Shown here piece by piece: positions 20,498 through 29,950 of a DNA stretch of 64,000 nt (position 1 is its first letter; every line of letters begins with the position of its first letter). Source of the stretch: Prochlorococcus sp. AG-409-A10. GTDB lineage: Bacteria > Cyanobacteriota > Cyanobacteriia > PCC-6307 > Cyanobiaceae. The position numbers were made by a program, and so were the translations under genes. Below the pieces are notes generated by a model. That model was not told the DNA's origin, did not search any database, and saw nothing but the letters and a program-made list of their open reading frames with translations. The DNA is taken from positions 5,166 through 69,165 of the forward strand of contig QCJG01000008.1 of the NCBI GenBank assembly GCA_003216175.1, read 5' to 3'.

Positions 20498-21622
20498 ATG
20501 GCTTACTCAGAGACAAAAGTAGTTCTTGGTGGTCTTGCACATATTCCTATCATAATTGGTTTCTTCTACCTCATACGCAGACAATACTCTTTTGGTGCAA
20601 TGCTGCGAACTGGTAAGAACGCTTTAAGCAAAAAGGTTGAAGCTGCTCCAAGTAAAGCCTCTGCTCCTGCTAAAACCGCTGCTCCTGCTAAAGCCGCTGC
20701 TCCTGCGAAACCTACTGCAGCAAAGAAGCCTCATGCAGATGTACCAGTTAATACTTATAAACCAAAAGCACCTTTCACAGGGACAGTAACTGAAAATTAT
20801 TCAGCACTAAAAGAAGGAGCAATTGGGAAAGTACAACATATAACTTTTGATATATCAGGAGGGGATCCTGACTTTAAATATGTTGAAGGTCAAAGTTGCG
20901 GAATACTTGCTGCAGGAGAAGATGCAAAAGGAAAGCCACATAGGCCAAGACTTTATTCAATTGCCAGCACGAGATATGGCGATAACTTTGCAGGAAACAC
21001 ACTCTCATTATGCGTTCGCCAGCTTCAATACGAAAAAGATGGTGAAACCATTAATGGTGTTTGCTCAACTTATTTATGCAACCTATCCCCTGGAGATAAA
21101 GTAAAAATTAGCGGTCCTGTAGGCAAAGAGATGCTTCTTCCAGACGAAGAAGATTCAAACATAATAATGCTTGCTACAGGTACTGGTATAGCTCCAATGA
21201 GAGCATATTTAAGAAGGATGTTTGAACCTACAGAAATTGAAAAACATCAGTGGAATTTCAAAGGCAAAGCATGGTTATTCATGGGAGCACCTAAAACAGC
21301 TAACTTGCTATACGACGACGATTTTGAGCACTACAAATCAAAATTCCCTGACAATCTTAGATATACAAAAGCAATCAGCAGAGAACAGAAAAACACAAAA
21401 GGAGGAAGGATGTACATTCAAGACAGGGTTCTTGAACACGCTGAAGAAATATTCAACATGATTGAGAGTCCTAAAACTCACATTTACTTATGTGGTTTAA
21501 AAGGAATGGAACCAGGGATAGATGAGGCAATGACAACTGCTGCTGCCGCTAAAGGGTTAGACTGGTCTGAACTTAGACCTAAACTTAGAAAAGCAGGTAG
21601 ATGGCATGCTGAGACTTACTAG
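20498..21622 (+). CDS. petH: Ferredoxin-NADP+ reductase
   Basis: VPVNTYKPKAPF, RLYSIAS (FAD), GVCSTYLC, MLATGTGIAP, YLCGLKGM, terminal HAETY; non-CpcD N-terminal extension. Confidence 0.97.
   Translation: MAYSETKVVLGGLAHIPIIIGFFYLIRRQYSFGAMLRTGKNALSKKVEAAPSKASAPAKTAAPAKAAAPAKPTAAKKPHADVPVNTYKPKAPFTGTVTENYSALKEGAIGKVQHITFDISGGDPDFKYVEGQSCGILAAGEDAKGKPHRPRLYSIASTRYGDNFAGNTLSLCVRQLQYEKDGETINGVCSTYLCNLSPGDKVKISGPVGKEMLLPDEEDSNIIMLATGTGIAPMRAYLRRMFEPTEIEKHQWNFKGKAWLFMGAPKTANLLYDDDFEHYKSKFPDNLRYTKAISREQKNTKGGRMYIQDRVLEHAEEIFNMIESPKTHIYLCGLKGMEPGIDEAMTTAAAAKGLDWSELRPKLRKAGRWHAETY
20645..20716 (+). repeat. Four imperfect 18-bp tandem repeats encoding the A-P-(S/A)-K linker of FNR
   Basis: gctccaagtaaagcctct / gctcctgctaaaaccgct / gctcctgctaaagccgct / gctcctgcgaaacctact. 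Confidence 0.85.
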
Positions 21623-21774
21623 AAAAATAAAAAAGTCTGGAAAGCGATAATTATTAATTACTTTAGAAATATTTTTTCTATATTTAATCAATCAATATCA
21701 ATTTTGTTTTTGGACATCCGACCAGAAAAATGTCGGAATGATTAGAAGCAATTTGGATAATATTTCTAATTGAA

Positions 21775-23316
21775 TTGGCAAGGAATTTATCAATGAGCAT
21801 GCCAGTAACAAACCCCTTAAGGATAGGTCTTCGCCAAGAGCGAGTAGTACCTCCTCAATGTCTGGTAATTTTTGGTGCCTCAGGGGATCTAACTCACAGG
21901 AAACTTATTCCTGCTTTATTTGAGCTCTTTAAGCAAAGAAGATTACCTAGTGAGTTTGCAGTTTTAGGCTGTGCAAGAAGGCCATGGACAGATGAAATAT
22001 TTAAAGAAAAAATGGAAGAAGCTCTTTCTTCTCAAATAAAAGAAAGTCCAAAGGAGTGGGAACTATTTTCTCAAAATCTTTTCTATGAACCTGTAGACCT
22101 GCAACAACCAGAACACCTAGTAAAGCTTGGGGAAAGACTTGAAATAATTGATAAGTTAAGAGCAACGCACGGTCATCGAACTTTTTACCTTTCAGTATCT
22201 CCCAAATTCTATGGAAGTGGATGTAGAGCTTTAGCTGCTGCAGGCTTATTGAAAGATCCTAAACGTAGCAGGGTTGTAATTGAAAAACCTTTTGGAAGAG
22301 ATTTCAATAGCGCACAGTCACTCAATTCTCTCGTTCAGGGTTGCGCTCAAGAAAGTCAAATATTTCGAATAGACCACTATTTGGGCAAAGAAACCGTACA
22401 AAATATTCTTGTTCTCAGATTTGCAAATACTATTTTTGAACCTATTTGGAATAGAAATTATATATCTAGTGTTCAAATTACCAGTTCCGAAACAGTTGGG
22501 GTTGAAGATCGAGCAGGATATTACGAATCCTCAGGGGCTCTAAGGGATATGGTTCAAAACCATCTCACTCAAATGCTTGCTCTAACTGCAATGGAACCAC
22601 CTGGACATTTTGATCCAGAAGCCATAAGAAATGAAAAAGCCAAAGTCCTTCAAGCCGTCAAGCTTGCCAATGAAGAAAAACCTTGGGAATGTTGCGTAAG
22701 GGGACAGTACTCAAAGGGAGGTAGCGATAAAGATCCGCTCCTTGGATATAGAGAAGAACCAGGTGTTAATCCAAACAGCACAACCGAAACATATGTAGCC
22801 ATGAAGCTTTTCATAGATAATTGGAGATGGCAGGGAGTCCCTTTTTACGTGAGAACAGGGAAGCGATTAGCCAAAAGACTTAGTGAGGTTGTTCTTACAT
22901 TTAGAGAAGCTCCTGTTCACCTTTTTGATGCAGCAGGGGGATGCCCAACCTCAAACCAATTAATTCTCAGAATTCAACCCAACGAGGGAGCTGAATTTAG
23001 TTTTGAGGTCAAATCACCAGGGTCTGGAATGAGAAGTAGACCTGTAAATATGGAATTTTCTTATGACGAATCCTTTGGAGAGCCATCAGATGAAGGTTAT
23101 GTAAGACTGCTTGCTGATGCAATGCTTGGAGATCCAACATTGTTTACTCGAAGCGATGAAGTAGAGGCGGCTTGGCGTTTATATACCCCTTTATTAGAGA
23201 AGATTGAAGATTCTCCCTGGGAATTACCTGTGTATCAATATGAATCAAGAACATGGGGACCTACTGAATCAGACTTACTGATTGGCAAAGATCAGCTCCT
23301 ATGGAGAAGGCCTTGA
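21775..23316 (+). CDS. zwf: Glucose-6-phosphate 1-dehydrogenase; start probably the ATG at 21792 or 21798
   Basis: FGASGDL, EKPFG, RIDHYLGKE, RDMVQNH, RWQGVPFYVRTGKRL. Confidence 0.98.
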   Translation: MARNLSMSMPVTNPLRIGLRQERVVPPQCLVIFGASGDLTHRKLIPALFELFKQRRLPSEFAVLGCARRPWTDEIFKEKMEEALSSQIKESPKEWELFSQNLFYEPVDLQQPEHLVKLGERLEIIDKLRATHGHRTFYLSVSPKFYGSGCRALAAAGLLKDPKRSRVVIEKPFGRDFNSAQSLNSLVQGCAQESQIFRIDHYLGKETVQNILVLRFANTIFEPIWNRNYISSVQITSSETVGVEDRAGYYESSGALRDMVQNHLTQMLALTAMEPPGHFDPEAIRNEKAKVLQAVKLANEEKPWECCVRGQYSKGGSDKDPLLGYREEPGVNPNSTTETYVAMKLFIDNWRWQGVPFYVRTGKRLAKRLSEVVLTFREAPVHLFDAAGGCPTSNQLILRIQPNEGAEFSFEVKSPGSGMRSRPVNMEFSYDESFGEPSDEGYVRLLADAMLGDPTLFTRSDEVEAAWRLYTPLLEKIEDSPWELPVYQYESRTWGPTESDLLIGKDQLLWRRP

Positions 23317-23353
23317 AAAATTGAATCTAAATCTTTTATTCGAACCAAACTAA

Positions 23354-24661
23354 ATGTCTCCTCAATTAACCCTGCAAACTCCTCTTCAGCTACCTCCAGC
23401 TGAAATTCCTACTTATCTTGAACAACTGTGGTCTCATGAAGAGCGAGGAGATAAAGGAGCCAACACTTTTTGTTTAATAGTCTGGCAACCTGCTTGGATT
23501 GAACAAAAATTAGTGAAAACTGGGAAAATATCTGGCCCAGTAGTAGGGAGCCAAAGAAATGATCTTATAGAAGCTGCTAGAGAAATTATTTTAAAAGGAG
23601 ATCTTCCTAACAGTACCTCCCCACTTGATTTTAAAGTTCTACCCTCAATTCAATCCAAAGAGTTAATTAATAATGTAGAAGACCTTAGAGGGCAACACAT
23701 TGACACCTCAATAAGTAATTTGCAACCTCGAAGATTAATAACCATTGCACCAACAATTGAAAAAGAAAATAACTTAGAAACTTTAGTAGCCGCATATTGT
23801 CCTCTTCCTGAAGAGGGTGGGGGCAAAACAGCTTGTGGCGACGTAATTGTCTTAAGAGGTAATAAAACCGCAATAAATGATGGGCTTGAAATTGTTGAGA
23901 CTCTTGTCCCTGATGAACTTCCCTCTTGGTTGTGGTGGAATGGAAGGATTGACGAGGCCCCTGAATTCCTTAATGCTCTCGCGCTACCCAATCGAAGATT
24001 AATTATTGATACTGCTCTAGGAGAACCAATAGTCTGCTTAGATTTATTGCTACAAAGAATTCAATCTGGACAAGCTGTTAACGACCTTAATTGGCTTCGT
24101 CTTAGAGGCTGGAGAGAAACCTTGGCGATGGTATTTGATCCACTTCAAAGAAGAAATGCTCTTGATAATTTACAAAAAATTGATATTGATATTGAAGGTT
24201 CTCAAACAGTTCAAGGTCTTTTACTTGCTGCATGGATTGCCGACCGTCTCAACTGGAAACTTGAAAATTGCATCTTCTCAAAAAAAGATCAGATGAAAGT
24301 AAATTTTCTTCGTCCTGACAAAACTCTGGTTGAAGTCGGTATAACTTCTTTACCAATTGGTAAGCCAAGCATAAACCCTGGACAAATAGTTGGTTTGAGA
24401 TTAATTGCGAAAGCCCAAAAAAACCAGAAAAACGATATTTGTGTAATTCTGGCATCAGAATCTGGGGAATGTATGAGATTAGAAGCTGGAGGTATGGCAA
24501 GAATGGAACTTATTGAACAAGTCGTTCCTATTCAAAAAAATTCTTTAGAAAATGATGTCGCTCGTTTACTCTCCAGTAGCAGAGGCAATACAAGTCCTTT
24601 ACTTGCAAGTGCGTCACCAATTGCAAAGAAAATGCTTGATTTAATTAATCAAGCCAAATAA
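23354..24661 (+). CDS. opcA: G6PDH assembly/allosteric protein OpcA
   Basis: Directly downstream of zwf; MSPQLTLQTP, AYCPLP, CGDVIVLRG, WLWWNG, DLNWLRLRGWRE. Confidence 0.92.
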   Translation: MSPQLTLQTPLQLPPAEIPTYLEQLWSHEERGDKGANTFCLIVWQPAWIEQKLVKTGKISGPVVGSQRNDLIEAAREIILKGDLPNSTSPLDFKVLPSIQSKELINNVEDLRGQHIDTSISNLQPRRLITIAPTIEKENNLETLVAAYCPLPEEGGGKTACGDVIVLRGNKTAINDGLEIVETLVPDELPSWLWWNGRIDEAPEFLNALALPNRRLIIDTALGEPIVCLDLLLQRIQSGQAVNDLNWLRLRGWRETLAMVFDPLQRRNALDNLQKIDIDIEGSQTVQGLLLAAWIADRLNWKLENCIFSKKDQMKVNFLRPDKTLVEVGITSLPIGKPSINPGQIVGLRLIAKAQKNQKNDICVILASESGECMRLEAGGMARMELIEQVVPIQKNSLENDVARLLSSSRGNTSPLLASASPIAKKMLDLINQAK

Positions 24662-24674
24662 ATATAGTTATTAA

Positions 24675-26030
24675 ATGGCATGCGTAATCACTTCTATATC
24701 TAGTAACAGTGGTAAAACTCTTTTAAGTATTCTTTTGATTTCTTGGTTGAAAAGTATAAATAAAACAGTGCAGACTTTCAAAGCTGGACCTGATTATTTA
24801 GATCCTCAACAACTCACCGCAGTTTCAAACAAACCTTGTCGTAATCTTGATTTAATTCTCTCTGGGAAAAGTTGGGTTCTAGAAAACTTCAATCACTTCG
24901 GAGGATTAACTGATTATTCATTTGTTGAAGGGGTAATGGGATTATTCGATGGAATTGGCAGTAGCTCAAAAGGTAGCACAGCTGAACTGGCTAAGGTTTT
25001 AAATCTGCCAGTAGTTCTTATAGTTGATGCTAGAGGGCAGGCTGCTTCACTAGCGGCCTTAATAAAAGGATTTAGAGAACATGATAAGAAATTAAAAATT
25101 GCAGGCGTTGTTCTCAATAATGTTCAAACTCATAGACATGAAAAAATATTATTGGAGGTTCTTGATCAAATAAATATAAAGTCATTGGGTTCTCTTCCTT
25201 TCTGCAAAGAATTATATCTACCAGCAAGGCATTTAGGTTTAGCGCCAGCTCATGAAATTTTAGACTTAGAAATTAAAGTTAAAAAGTGGGCATCAATAGC
25301 AAAAGATTATCTAGATATTGAAAGTTTTAGAAAGCTCTTATTACCTCCAGAATCTAATAGCAATTCAATAAACTTCTTGCGAAAGAAAGAATCAGAATTT
25401 ATTCACCCAATTGCCATAGCTGAAGATGAGGCTTTCCATTTTAGATATCAAGAAACAAAAGAATTATTAGAAGAGAACGGAATGCCAACTATTACTTGGA
25501 GACCTCTTGCAAACGAACAGATTCCTAATGAAGCAAAAGGTCTAATAATACCAGGCGGTTTTCCTGAGCAACATGCTAACCAATTGAGTAATTCAACAAA
25601 AAGTCTGAACTCAATAAAAATGTTTTCAAAAAAGTTTCCAATATACGCTGAATGTGGGGGAATGATGCTTTTAGGTAAAAGTATATTTGATCTTGAAGGG
25701 AGAGAACATTCAATGGCTGGGATATTACCTTTTAAGGCTAAAAAGGGTAATTTAGAGATTGGGTATAGAGAAGCAATAAGTAAAAATAAAAGTCCTATTA
25801 CCAATGCTGGTGATAAACTAACAGGACATGAATTTCATCGCTGGGAAATAATTAATGAACGCTATGATTCAAAATTAAATAGTATATGGGATATCAAAGG
25901 ATGGAATATTGAGATTAAAAATGAAGGTTTTTGTAATCATTTAATTCATGCAAGCTGGATACATCTCCACTGGGCAAGTTCGCCTCTTATTTTAGAAAAT
26001 TGGAAAAGAAGTGTTATGAAGTCTGCCTAA
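24675..26030 (+). CDS. cobB: Cobyrinic acid a,c-diamide synthase
   Basis: SNSGKT, FKAGPDYLDP, EGVMGLFDG, RHLGL, YAECGGMM, GHEFH. Confidence 0.95.
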   Translation: MACVITSISSNSGKTLLSILLISWLKSINKTVQTFKAGPDYLDPQQLTAVSNKPCRNLDLILSGKSWVLENFNHFGGLTDYSFVEGVMGLFDGIGSSSKGSTAELAKVLNLPVVLIVDARGQAASLAALIKGFREHDKKLKIAGVVLNNVQTHRHEKILLEVLDQINIKSLGSLPFCKELYLPARHLGLAPAHEILDLEIKVKKWASIAKDYLDIESFRKLLLPPESNSNSINFLRKKESEFIHPIAIAEDEAFHFRYQETKELLEENGMPTITWRPLANEQIPNEAKGLIIPGGFPEQHANQLSNSTKSLNSIKMFSKKFPIYAECGGMMLLGKSIFDLEGREHSMAGILPFKAKKGNLEIGYREAISKNKSPITNAGDKLTGHEFHRWEIINERYDSKLNSIWDIKGWNIEIKNEGFCNHLIHASWIHLHWASSPLILENWKRSVMKSA

Positions 26031-26071
26031 AGAAAATCTGTTTTAAAAAATAATATTTTTCATTTTCCAAA

Positions 26072-27532
26072 TTACTCGATTAATAGTTTTTCTAAAAGAG
26101 CTTTATTCATCTCACTTGTATTATCACCAACAATCCATACTCCTTTGCTTGCTCTGCTGACAGCAACGTAAACAAGCCTTCTTCTAAATTCCAGATCTTT
26201 AGGCCAAAAGACATCAGAAGTTATGAACACTTCTCCAAAAGTACTTCCTTGACTCCTATGAATCGTAAGGACAGAAGCAGGGCCTAAAGAAGCAAATGAA
26301 TCTCTGATAAAAAAGAAAAGTTTCCAAATCGAAGCACTATTTTTTTTTCCTCTTTCTCTCGCCTGATTGCTCAAATCATTTAAAGAAAGGTCTAAATCAA
26401 CACGAGATTTAGTCCCTATTTTAGGCATTAACCTCAAAGAAAATTCTTTTTGATCACATCTCACTTTAGCTATCTGAGTTTTAATTACAGGCAAAGGATT
26501 TTCTAAATCTTGATGGATTCCTAAAGAGGACAAGTCAAAACTATTTGGAATTACATCTTCTACAACCATCTCTCTATTGGAACTAATCAAAATATCTGGT
26601 TCTTCTCCAAGCTCATCCTCATTTAATGAAGCATTAACCATGACAGCTTTACGACTTATTAAGACCTCCCCAGGTAAAACCTGATATTGATCTGCCATCT
26701 CACCATGTATAGCTCTTCTTGCATGAGGAACTAAATTATCAACAATTCGATTTGTATAGCACAAAATTCTTGCTCTATCGTGATCATCCTCTAGGGAAGA
26801 TAACCTCAACGCTGATTTAGCTCTTTCAAGCCAACTATTTCTATCTAATATTCCTACATTACCTTTCTTAGAATTAATAGCTGGCAGTATTGGTGGCTGA
26901 TTGCAAGGGATTTGCCCGTCTCTAATTATCTTTGCCAATTTCAGAACAGGTCCTTGATGACGAACAACTTCCCTTAGTTCAGTATTTACGGCTCTTTTCA
27001 TTAAAAATACTGAGCTAGAACTTTCTCCCACAGGTGGAAGTTGAGCAGGATCACCAACAAAAACCAAACGAGTCGTGTTGGATCGTGCGCATTCAAGAGT
27101 TATTTCCAATAAATTGGAATCAATCATTGATGCTTCATCAATTAAAACAAGTCCTAAATTCTCCAAAGAGTTCTCTGTTTGATCTGTTTTTTCACATATT
27201 TCTACATCCGCTTGTCTTTTTAACTTAAGTCGAAGCAATCGATGAATAGTAGAGGGGAACCATGTGGGTTGAATAGATTCCTTTTTCAAACCCTCCCTTA
27301 ATACACCTACAGCTTTATGAGTTGGTGCAACTACGGTCCAACACAAACCCAACTCATCGACCTTTTTTAATAATTTCATAGACAAGTATGTTTTTCCGCT
27401 ACCTGCAAACCCTTTCATTACAAAGGGTTTAAATGAATATGGGGTCTTTAGCCATTCACAAAATAGTTCAAGAGATTTTTCTTGATCCTTAGTTAAAACG
27501 ACACAATCTTCTTTTGCTTTTGCTTCTTTCAC
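26072..27532 (-). CDS. SF1B ATP-dependent helicase, RecD/Dda-like
   Basis: GFAGSGKT, APTHKA, DEASM, GDPAQLPPV, TIHRSQGSTF, YVAVSRA. Confidence 0.88.
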   Translation of the reverse strand: MKEAKAKEDCVVLTKDQEKSLELFCEWLKTPYSFKPFVMKGFAGSGKTYLSMKLLKKVDELGLCWTVVAPTHKAVGVLREGLKKESIQPTWFPSTIHRLLRLKLKRQADVEICEKTDQTENSLENLGLVLIDEASMIDSNLLEITLECARSNTTRLVFVGDPAQLPPVGESSSSVFLMKRAVNTELREVVRHQGPVLKLAKIIRDGQIPCNQPPILPAINSKKGNVGILDRNSWLERAKSALRLSSLEDDHDRARILCYTNRIVDNLVPHARRAIHGEMADQYQVLPGEVLISRKAVMVNASLNEDELGEEPDILISSNREMVVEDVIPNSFDLSSLGIHQDLENPLPVIKTQIAKVRCDQKEFSLRLMPKIGTKSRVDLDLSLNDLSNQARERGKKNSASIWKLFFFIRDSFASLGPASVLTIHRSQGSTFGEVFITSDVFWPKDLEFRRRLVYVAVSRASKGVWIVGDNTSEMNKALLEKLLIE

Positions 27533-28044
27533 ACAGAAACTAATCCAATCATTTGCAAGATATGCAAAGGAGAACCAATGAAGAAAATACCTGGCAAAGC
27601 AACAATTGGTCCAAGAATACTTCCAACCAAAACCTCAATTTTTGTGTGACCCAAAGATTCTTTTAAAGTAGATTCTGAAGATAATTCATTGAAATTATCT
27701 TTTGAAATTTGATTTACTTTTGCTGCTGTTAAGCCTGCCGACCTTCTTATTCCCGAAGCGTCATACATCACAATAAAAGCTATTGTTGAAGCAAGAGCAA
27801 ATACTGGGTCATTAAAACCAAGCTGAAGTCCAACTCCTGCAGCGGTTCCAGTTACCAAAGCCGAATGACTTGAAGGCATACCTCCTGTTTCTATAAGTAC
27901 TGACGGTCTCCACTTTTGCTTAAAAATTAATTCAAATAATAATTTAGAGAATTGAGCGAGACCACATGCTGCTAGGCCCCAGGCCAATACAGCATTATCA
28001 AGAATATAAATAAAATGAAATTCGAAACCTGAATTAAAATTCAT
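27529..28044 (-). CDS. Divergent PAP2 family protein (DUF212)
   Basis: [30 protein letters not shown]. Confidence 0.9.
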   Translation of the reverse strand: MNFNSGFEFHFIYILDNAVLAWGLAACGLAQFSKLLFELIFKQKWRPSVLIETGGMPSSHSALVTGTAAGVGLQLGFNDPVFALASTIAFIVMYDASGIRRSAGLTAAKVNQISKDNFNELSSESTLKESLGHTKIEVLVGSILGPIVALPGIFFIGSPLHILQMIGLVSV

Positions 28045-28940
28045 CTATCTCTATTTGTAATGTAATCAGCCAAGGCAAGAAGAGGTTTAGATTTTTCTGG
28101 CCAGGGGGCAAGCGCATTTTTTGCTTTAGTTACTAGAAGATCTGCTCTCCTTCTTGATTCATCAAGACCAAGTAATTTGGGATAAGTAGTCTTATCAGCA
28201 ATTAAATCCTTTCCAGCTGTTTTACCCAATACTTCACTACTTGCCGTTACATCAAGGATGTCATCAATTATTTGGAATGCTAGGCCAATCCCTCTTGCAT
28301 AGACGCTTAATGCTTCCAGAAGCTTCTCATCAGCCCCACCAATCAATGCTCCGCAAGTTACACATGCCTTGAGCAGAGCTCCTGTTTTATGAAGGTGGAT
28401 ATATTCCAAGGTTTCCAAATCGACTTCTTTCCCTTCACAATCGAGATCAACCACTTGGCCTCCCACTAGCCCAGGAGCACCTGCCACTAGGGAAAGCTCA
28501 CCTACAATTTTCAATAATCTCTCGGAAGGTATTCCCTCTGTACGGATTGCTACCATCTCAAAAGCTCTGGTCAATAGAGCATCTCCGGCAAGTATTGCTA
28601 CTGCATCTCCATAAACTTTGTGATTTGTAGGACGGCCTCGACGAAGATCGTCATTATCCATTGAGGGTAGATCGTCATGGATAAGAGACATTGTATGAAT
28701 CATTTCTAGAGCAACTGCTGTAGGCAATGCTTTTTCAACTTCACCTCCAGCAAGTTCACAGGCAGCAAGACATAGTATTGGTCTTAATCTCTTTCCTCCC
28801 GCCAGAAGGGAATAGCGCATAGATTCTCTTAGCTTTTCCGGCTTTTCAGGGCCCAGAGACTCATCGAGCGCATCTTCAACACGAGCCCTAGCTTTATCTA
28901 GATACTCAGCGAAATCAAAAGAAGCGATTGCTTCCTGCAT
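28041..28940 (-). CDS. crtE: Geranylgeranyl pyrophosphate synthase
   Basis: [47 protein letters not shown]. Confidence 0.95.
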   Translation of the reverse strand: MQEAIASFDFAEYLDKARARVEDALDESLGPEKPEKLRESMRYSLLAGGKRLRPILCLAACELAGGEVEKALPTAVALEMIHTMSLIHDDLPSMDNDDLRRGRPTNHKVYGDAVAILAGDALLTRAFEMVAIRTEGIPSERLLKIVGELSLVAGAPGLVGGQVVDLDCEGKEVDLETLEYIHLHKTGALLKACVTCGALIGGADEKLLEALSVYARGIGLAFQIIDDILDVTASSEVLGKTAGKDLIADKTTYPKLLGLDESRRRADLLVTKAKNALAPWPEKSKPLLALADYITNRDR

Positions 28941-28982
28941 GCAAAAAACCTATTCCTACCAATTCTCTCAGGACATAGTGAT

Positions 28983-29894
28983 TCATGGAAGTAAATGACT
29001 AATAGTTAAAGGTAATCCACAATGTTTTTGCCACCTATCAACCGTATTGGATAAAAGCATTGTTACTGTCATTGGGCCTACACCTCCAGGGACAGGAGAA
29101 TAGGCAGCAACTTTATCTTCAATTTCAAATATCTTTACATCTCCGCAAAGTTTAGTCTTTTTTTGCTTTTTAATATTTTCTTGATCAGGTGGAAGTCTGT
29201 GAATACCTACATCAATAACCACGCAATTCTCGCTGACATGATTTTCACCAATCAAATAGGGCTTGCCTGCTGCTACTACAAGTAAATCAGCCTCTCTAGT
29301 CAAAGAAGGTAAATCTTTAGTTCTTGAATGAGCAATAGTTACTGTGGCATTTGCAGCTTCCAACATTAACGCCATTGGCTTACCAACTAAAATGCTACGT
29401 CCTACAACTACTGCTCTTTTTCCTTCGATTTTGATGTGATTTCGCTCAAGCAGAGACATAACGCCAGCAGGTGTACATGATCTTGGGCCTTTTTCTCCCT
29501 TTATTAATCTTCCTAGATTCAAAGGATGTAATCCATCAGCATCCTTATCAGGATCAATATTCCTTAGCAAGGTAGCCTCATCAAGGTGAGCAGGTAATGG
29601 AAGTTGCAATAAAATTCCATCAACATTCTTTTCTTGATTCAGGCTTTTAATGGTTTCTGTGAGCTCTTCCAATGAAATATCTTCTTTTAAATGCTTTGTA
29701 AAACTTCTAACACCTATTCGATCGCATGCTTTTTCCTTGTAATTGACATAAACTCCACTGGCAGGATCATTACCAACTCTAAGGACCGCAAGGCCTGGAG
29801 GACGTTCCGCGACTTCCAAACCAGATTCGATAGCCTGTTGAAGTATGACTTCAATCTCCTGAGCAAGTTTTTTTCCATCTAAAATTTTTGGCAT
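28983..29894 (-). CDS. folD: Methylenetetrahydrofolate dehydrogenase/cyclohydrolase
   Basis: [45 protein letters not shown]. Confidence 0.97.
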   Translation of the reverse strand: MPKILDGKKLAQEIEVILQQAIESGLEVAERPPGLAVLRVGNDPASGVYVNYKEKACDRIGVRSFTKHLKEDISLEELTETIKSLNQEKNVDGILLQLPLPAHLDEATLLRNIDPDKDADGLHPLNLGRLIKGEKGPRSCTPAGVMSLLERNHIKIEGKRAVVVGRSILVGKPMALMLEAANATVTIAHSRTKDLPSLTREADLLVVAAGKPYLIGENHVSENCVVIDVGIHRLPPDQENIKKQKKTKLCGDVKIFEIEDKVAAYSPVPGGVGPMTVTMLLSNTVDRWQKHCGLPLTISHLLP

Positions 29895-29950
29895 AAACAG
29901 AATGAATACAATTCAAATAATCAACGCATTAAACCTAGCGTTAGAAGTAG

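Noticed and set aside
21718-21736. CCGAC-N9-GTCGG upstream of zwf
   Set aside because: Only 5-bp arms; chance occurrence cannot be excluded.
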